Shown: piece after piece, positions 59,261-64,000 of the stretch
Layout: each line of letters opens with the position of its first letter
How positions within the stretch are numbered: position 1 is the first letter of the stretch
Origin: Phycisphaerae bacterium
GTDB taxonomy: Bacteria > Planctomycetota > Phycisphaerae > UBA1845 > Fen-1342
Assembly (NCBI GenBank): GCA_963675745.2
Contig: CAXXWX010000026.1
Span: 640,001-704,000 of the forward strand
Direction of reading: 5' to 3'
DNA: 64,000 nt
Made by a program: the position numbers and the translations under genes
Notes under the pieces: model-generated
The model's input: the letters and a program-made list of their open reading frames with translations, nothing else
Told to the model about the DNA's origin: nothing
The model's database searches: none

Positions 59261-59795
59261 CAGCCGCCTCCCCAATCAGCGGCGACACCACCGCGCCGCA
59301 CTCCGGGCAGCGGCCGGTGGTGTTGCCCGCGAGGTTATACCCGCACGCCACGCAGCAGCCGCGTTTCGTCCGCCACCGCCGCCGCCAGATTCGGAATACG
59401 AGAAGGGAACATGGCACAGCCACGAACACGGTGATCAGAGTCCATGCAGGGATGGATAGCATCGCGCAACCTGGCGCAAGAAGGATGCCGACGATGCCGG
59501 GGATTCTGAACAGATACTCGGGCCCGAGGACTGGTCCTTCATCCACGAACTCCGCGTCTCCGCTGAAAACGACAGTCCCGTCGTCGAAGAAGGCATACAC
59601 GCGCCGAACATAGAGATCTTCGTCTCCCGAGTTGTTGAGCGCCACCTCGCTCGTTAGCGTGATGTGCAGGGAGTATTCGAATTCATCATTGAGCCAGGTG
59701 GCGATACTGATTCCTGAGAGTACACAGCCGACCAGCGCTACCAGAGCAAGCGCACCGCGATAGACCATCGACCGCCATGTCCGCCTAGAACCCAT
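59250..59795 (-). CDS. Membrane protein with C-terminal CxxCGYNL.G...CPECG zinc ribbon
   Basis: TM helices, IPAW, WRRRWRTKRGCCVACGYNLAGNTTGRCPECG. Start may be 59768. Confidence 0.72.
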   Translation of the reverse strand: MGSRRTWRSMVYRGALALVALVGCVLSGISIATWLNDEFEYSLHITLTSEVALNNSGDEDLYVRRVYAFFDDGTVVFSGDAEFVDEGPVLGPEYLFRIPGIVGILLAPGCAMLSIPAWTLITVFVAVPCSLLVFRIWRRRWRTKRGCCVACGYNLAGNTTGRCPECGAVVSPLIGEAADGE

Positions 59796-61233
59796 ACTCC
59801 GTCCACCGCCGGTTTACGAGCTCTTTGACCTCGCGCAACATCTCGAGTTCCTCCGGCCACTCACGAATCTGCCCTTCGCCGGCGATTTTCTTTGTCGCGT
59901 CGATGCCCATCTTTGAGCCCACGCCGCAGAACGGGGCCGCGTGGTCGAGGATGTCGAGCGGGCCGTCGGCAATCACGGTGTCCCGGCGGGGGTCGACGTT
60001 GCTGCACACGTGGAACCAGACCTCGTCCTGGTTGTGTACATCAACGTGCTCGTCAACCACGACGATGAACTTGGTGAGGGCCATCTGCCCGGCGCCCCAG
60101 ATTGCGTGCATGACCCGGCGTGCCTGAAACGGGTATTCCTTGCGGATCTTCACGAACGCGCAGTTGTGGAAGCAGCCGAACATCGGCAGGTCGTAGTCGA
60201 TGATGTCCGGCACCAGCATCTGGAGCAGCGGCAGGAAGACGCGCTCGGTCGCTTTGCCGAGCCAATAGTCCTCCTGCGGCGGCTTGCCGACGATGGTCGT
60301 CGGGTAGAGCGGCTCGCGGCGGTGCGTGATCGCCGTCACGTGCAGGCGCGGGAAGTGGTCGGCCAGCGAGTAGAAGCCCGTGTGATCGCCGAACGGGCCT
60401 TCGAGAATCAGCTCTTCGGTCGGGTCGATGTAGCCTTCGATGACAAACTCGGCCGTCGCCGGCACCTGGATCTCCGGCTGTGTGACGCAGGGAACGAGTT
60501 CGATGCTGCGGCCCTGGAGAAAGCCTGCGAAAAGCGCCTCGTCGATGCCCGGCGGCAAGGGGCAGGTCGCCGCGTAGGGCAACACCGCCGGGCCGCCGAG
60601 GGCAATCGCGATGGGCATGCGCTGGCCGCGTTGCTGGTACAGGCGGAAGTGGCGGGCACCGTCGTGGTGCATGTGCCAGTGCATGGCGGCGAGGCGCGGC
60701 TCAAAGAGCTGCACGCGGTACATGCCGATGTTGCGGTCGCCGGTCTCCGGGTTCTTTGTGAACACCGCGCCGAGCGTGATGTACCGGCCGCCGTCATCCG
60801 GCCAGCACTTGAGTGCCGGCAGCGAGAACAGGTCGGCGTCGTCGGTGTGGACGACTTCCTGGCAGACGCCGCGCTTGACGATCTTCGGCGGCAGGCTGCC
60901 GAGCTGGGCCAGTTCGGGCAGCTTTTTCAGCTTCTGCATGAGCGTGGTGGGAATCTCGGGCTTGATGACCGCCGCCACGCGCTGGGCGACGTCGTCGAAG
61001 CTGTCGGCGCCCAGCGCCAGGCACATCCGCTCGCGCGTGCCGTACGTGTTTATGAGCAGCGGAAAGCGCGACGCCTTGACCTTCTCAAACAAAAGCGCCG
61101 GGCCGCCGGCCTTGGTGACGCGGTCGGCGATCTCCGTGATTTCGAGCTCGGGGTCAACTTCGGCGCTGATGCGTTTGAGCCAGCCGCGCTGCTCGAGCTC
61201 GGCGGCAAACGACTGCATGTCCTGCGTTCCCAC
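59785..61233 (-). CDS. ubiD: UbiD-family prFMN-dependent decarboxylase (menaquinone futalosine-pathway type)
   Basis: VDPELEITEI, GPALLFE, WPDDGGRYIT, RNIGMYR, EGPFGDHTGFY, GKPPQED, LDHA....GSKMGIDATKK. Confidence 0.9.
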   Translation of the reverse strand: MGTQDMQSFAAELEQRGWLKRISAEVDPELEITEIADRVTKAGGPALLFEKVKASRFPLLINTYGTRERMCLALGADSFDDVAQRVAAVIKPEIPTTLMQKLKKLPELAQLGSLPPKIVKRGVCQEVVHTDDADLFSLPALKCWPDDGGRYITLGAVFTKNPETGDRNIGMYRVQLFEPRLAAMHWHMHHDGARHFRLYQQRGQRMPIAIALGGPAVLPYAATCPLPPGIDEALFAGFLQGRSIELVPCVTQPEIQVPATAEFVIEGYIDPTEELILEGPFGDHTGFYSLADHFPRLHVTAITHRREPLYPTTIVGKPPQEDYWLGKATERVFLPLLQMLVPDIIDYDLPMFGCFHNCAFVKIRKEYPFQARRVMHAIWGAGQMALTKFIVVVDEHVDVHNQDEVWFHVCSNVDPRRDTVIADGPLDILDHAAPFCGVGSKMGIDATKKIAGEGQIREWPEELEMLREVKELVNRRWTEYGF

Positions 61234-61259
61234 GATGCGTCCTCTATAGATCCCAGAAG

Positions 61260-61477
61260 TGTGGCACAGGTTTGCAACCTGTGGTTCTCACCGGTTGAAA
61301 ACCGGTGCCACAGTGGTCTCGGGATAGCCTGCGCCAATCGGCCGCACCGCGACCCCGCACATATGTGGGACCGACAGCCGGCGGCCATCCGTGTAGAATA
61401 CTGCGAGCGATCCCTCAACGTCTGTGGCACCGGTTTTCAACCGGTGTGAATAACACAGGTTACAAACCTGTGCCACA
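61260..61477. repeat. Two compound REP elements in inverted orientation (61260-61312 and 61423-61477)
   Basis: tgtggcacaggtttgcaacctgtg-ttctc-accggttgaaaaccggtgccaca and the near reverse complement tgtggcaccggttttcaaccggtg...cacaggttacaaacctgtgccaca. Confidence 0.85.
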
Positions 61478-61532
61478 GCTTAGGGATCGCTTCTACGCGG
61501 ATTTCGTCGGACCTGCGAAACGTGAGATGCGT

Positions 61533-62360
61533 ATGGCGTGGTGGGAACGCGACTACGATCGACCGGCATATCAGTCGCCAGCCGCGCCGCGGTGGATGCC
61601 ACGGCGCCCGCCGACGGCATCGCTGGTACTCGTAGTCATCCACGTGGTGGCTTTTGCGGCGATGCTGGTTGCCCGCCTGGATTCAAGCGGAGTTCCACTG
61701 ACCTATGCGCGTCTGGGAGCGCCGCCCAATCATTGGCCATCGATTCTCCTGCACCCGCTGACGACCTGGGGGATCTCGATCATTTTCGTTGTGTACGTCG
61801 TGTGGGTGCTGGGCGGCAAGATCGAGCGTCAGCTCGGTCCACGCCGCATGGTACGCTTGTACGTGCTGGGGAACCTGTTTGCCGGAGCGGCGTATTTCCT
61901 GATGGCGCCGGTCCTCGGCCTGCGCGAGCTGCATCCGCTCAGCATGCCCGCGGGCGCGATGGCCGCCTGGTGTTTGGTCGCGTGGCGCGAGTTTCGCCAC
62001 GAGATGGTCGCGGTGTTCGGCCGGCTGATGGTCGTCGGCAACCTCGTGGGACTGATCGGTGCCACCATGGCCGGCGCCACGATCCTGTTCACCGGCTCGG
62101 CGAGCACCGCCTGGCTGGTGGCGGTCATCGCCGGCTGCCTGGCCGTGCCGGCTTCGGCCAGCTTGCCAATCATCAGATTCGCCGGCTCGACGAAAAAACC
62201 GCCACACCGCGGGCGCGACGACGTGCGCGTGGCGCCCGAGCCGGACGATTCAGCGGTTGACGACATCCTCGCCAAAATCTCGCGCGACGGGATGCACGCG
62301 CTCACCGACGAAGAGCGCGCCCGTCTGGAAGCGGCGCGACAGGCCAAGCTGCGACGATAG
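61533..62360 (+). CDS. Rhomboid-fold membrane protein, probably catalytically inactive, with C-terminal VDDILAKIS...LT.EER..L helical domain
   Basis: W..G..IER..G.RR...LY rhomboid motif. Expected GxSG reads MPAG and the expected AHxxG reads AWLVA. Confidence 0.7.
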   Translation: MAWWERDYDRPAYQSPAAPRWMPRRPPTASLVLVVIHVVAFAAMLVARLDSSGVPLTYARLGAPPNHWPSILLHPLTTWGISIIFVVYVVWVLGGKIERQLGPRRMVRLYVLGNLFAGAAYFLMAPVLGLRELHPLSMPAGAMAAWCLVAWREFRHEMVAVFGRLMVVGNLVGLIGATMAGATILFTGSASTAWLVAVIAGCLAVPASASLPIIRFAGSTKKPPHRGRDDVRVAPEPDDSAVDDILAKISRDGMHALTDEERARLEAARQAKLRR

Positions 62361-62556
62361 ATTGCGGTGCGTGTGTCGGGCGGGGGTTCGCCGTGGAACC
62401 AGAGCGGTTTCAGAGAAGACCTGTCACTCGGCAGTGTGCCACGGCTCTGTGAGCCGTGAAGGTCGCGTCGAAACAGCACTACTCAAGAGCAGTGGTACGC
62501 CGGGCCGTCTCCGAAAACGGCCTGAAAGCCTCGGGTAGCGGGCACCGCGGGCCACG

Positions 62557-63336
62557 CTATCCCGCTACGCCGGTATCTTGCACCGGCGAGGCCGGGGCCG
62601 GGCCCATTCCGGCGCCGCCGGCGAGTGCGTGCAGCTTGCCCGTGCGTAAAACCTCGTCGGCGGGCAGATCCCAGACGACTTTGCCATCGCGCATCTGCAC
62701 GACCCGCCGCGCCTGCACCGCCACGTCGGCTTCGTGCGTGACCAGCACAATCGTCACGCCGCGGGCGTTGAGTTCGGCGAAGAGCTGCATGATCTGCTTG
62801 CCGGTGCGCGAATCGAGATTACCGGTGGGTTCGTCGGCCAGTACCAGCGGCGGATTGTTGACGATGGCGCGCGCGATGGCCACGCGCTGGCGCTCGCCGC
62901 CCGAGAGTTCGCTGGGGCGATGATGGGCGCGCTGTGTCAACCCCACGGTCTCCAGCGCCTTGAGCGCCGCCGCTTTGGTGCCCGACTTGCGCGCGTAAAA
63001 CATGGGCACCTGCACGTTCTCGCGCGCGGTCGTGCGGTTGATCAGGTTGAACGTCTGAAACACAAAGCCGATGCGCTCGTTGCGGATCATGGCGAGCCGG
63101 CGATCGGAGAGACGGCTGACATCCTCGCCGTCGAGGATATACCGGCCGCGCGTCGGACGATCCAGACAGCCGATTAGGTGCATCATGGTGCTCTTGCCGC
63201 TGCCCGAGGCGCCGGTGATCGCCACCATTTCGCCGCGATGAATCTCCAGGTCAACGCCATCAAGCGCGCGGACCACCGTATCGCCCATCTGGTAGAGCTT
63301 GGTCAGGCCTTCAAGCTTGATCAACGGCGCGTCCAT
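62557..63336 (-). CDS. ABC transporter ATP-binding protein (MacB/LolD type)
   Basis: GASGSGKST, IGFVFQ.FNL, LSGGERQRVAIARA, LADEPTGNLD, VTHE. Confidence 0.93.
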   Translation of the reverse strand: MDAPLIKLEGLTKLYQMGDTVVRALDGVDLEIHRGEMVAITGASGSGKSTMMHLIGCLDRPTRGRYILDGEDVSRLSDRRLAMIRNERIGFVFQTFNLINRTTARENVQVPMFYARKSGTKAAALKALETVGLTQRAHHRPSELSGGERQRVAIARAIVNNPPLVLADEPTGNLDSRTGKQIMQLFAELNARGVTIVLVTHEADVAVQARRVVQMRDGKVVWDLPADEVLRTGKLHALAGGAGMGPAPASPVQDTGVAG

Positions 63337-63458
63337 GGTGCTCCGTGGTGATTGGGCTGCCTTAAATGGGGGCCAGTCTCTGACGGGTCGTCGGTTCCGG
63401 CAGTGCGCGCGAGCAGCGGCACATCGGCCGACGCGGACATCGGCCGCTACTCAAGTGG

Positions 63459-63998
63459 TTACTCCTCATCCGGCTCCACCGGCAGCTTGATGTAGACTTC
63501 CATGCCCTCCTTGAGCTCGTCATCCATGATCGCGCGCACTATTTGCGTGTGGTTTCCGTCGGTTATGCCGAACGCAACCGGCACAAAACGCTTGCCCCAC
63601 TGCTCCCCCTGCGCCGGCGGCATGCGCAAGTACAAGCCGCGCTTCTCACCTTCGCTCTTGACCGCCTCGGCCGGTACGCGCAGCACGTCTAATGCTGAAT
63701 CAACCGTGAACTCGACCTGCGCCTGCGCGCCCAGCGGCAGCTTATAGCGCTTCTCGTCGGTGATCAGTATGTGTACGTCAAACTGGATCACCGACGATCC
63801 CGCGGATAGGCTGCCCTGGGGTTCGGCGCGGTCAATCACGCCTTCAAAGATCTCATCCGGAAAGGGGTCGACCGTCAGTTGCACCACGCCGGATCGCTTC
63901 GTCAATTCCTCCGCCGACGCCTCGGCGGCGGCCAGCAACTCCGGCACCTGCGGCAAAGCAGAGGTCGGCGCGACCTCCAGCACGCGGCCATAGCTCGT
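63459..63998 (-). CDS. Efflux periplasmic adaptor (MacA/HlyD-like), C-terminal part; 5' end lies beyond the window
   Basis: TVDPFPDE.FEG.I, LG..A.VE, VL.VP.EAV, V..GITDG..TQI...LKEG.EV. Frame is open to the window end and lies upstream of the ABC ATPase. Confidence 0.8.
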   Translation of the reverse strand, partial: TSYGRVLEVAPTSALPQVPELLAAAEASAEELTKRSGVVQLTVDPFPDEIFEGVIDRAEPQGSLSAGSSVIQFDVHILITDEKRYKLPLGAQAQVEFTVDSALDVLRVPAEAVKSEGEKRGLYLRMPPAQGEQWGKRFVPVAFGITDGNHTQIVRAIMDDELKEGMEVYIKLPVEPDEE

Positions 63999-64000
63999 CT

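Noticed and set aside
56948..59795. Diversity-generating retroelement (Avd-like gene plus two similar C-terminal regions as TR/VR)
   Set aside because: No reverse transcriptase in the window. The two zinc-ribbon regions differ at many non-adenine and synonymous positions, as expected of ordinary paralogs.

Overview
High-GC bacterial chromosome segment, most consistent with a Planctomycetota (Phycisphaerae-like) genome. The basis is an Ala(-1) prepilin, a giant FG-GAP/DCNxNG-repeat secreted protein, CxxCGYxLxG...CPECG membrane proteins and ribosomal proteins with insertions. The core is the S10-spc-alpha superoperon on the minus strand (rpsJ to rplQ, 29799-45818), which lacks rpmD and infA and is preceded by mreB/mreC instead of fusA/tuf. 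Flanking genes include the tail of a type IV pilin/T2SS-like operon, rsmD, yhaM, murJ, asnB, mutM, a C69 peptidase, tRNA-Ala(CGC), phoH-7TM/HD-ybeY, an intact ISAs1 element (18-bp IRs, 10-bp TSD), a CDF transporter, a UbiD-family gene and an ABC/MFP exporter. Two accessory regions stand out. (i) 56671-58220: an Avd-like four-helix-bundle gene with its own promoter, embedded in four tandem arrays (periods 20, 8, 7 and 33 nt), with the 7-mer also written into the coding sequence. (ii) 26061-29067: a tRNA-linked islet bounded by 41-bp direct repeats, holding an apparently decayed tRNA-Pro and an AT-richer orphan gene framed by inverted CCTGACACCTTTT motifs. Also notable are an iRhom-like pseudoprotease, an RGG-tailed uS5, an unannotated 56-aa membrane protein upstream of mreB, several REP/REPIN families and apparent leaderless genes. 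All family calls come from motif recognition by eye; no searches were run.
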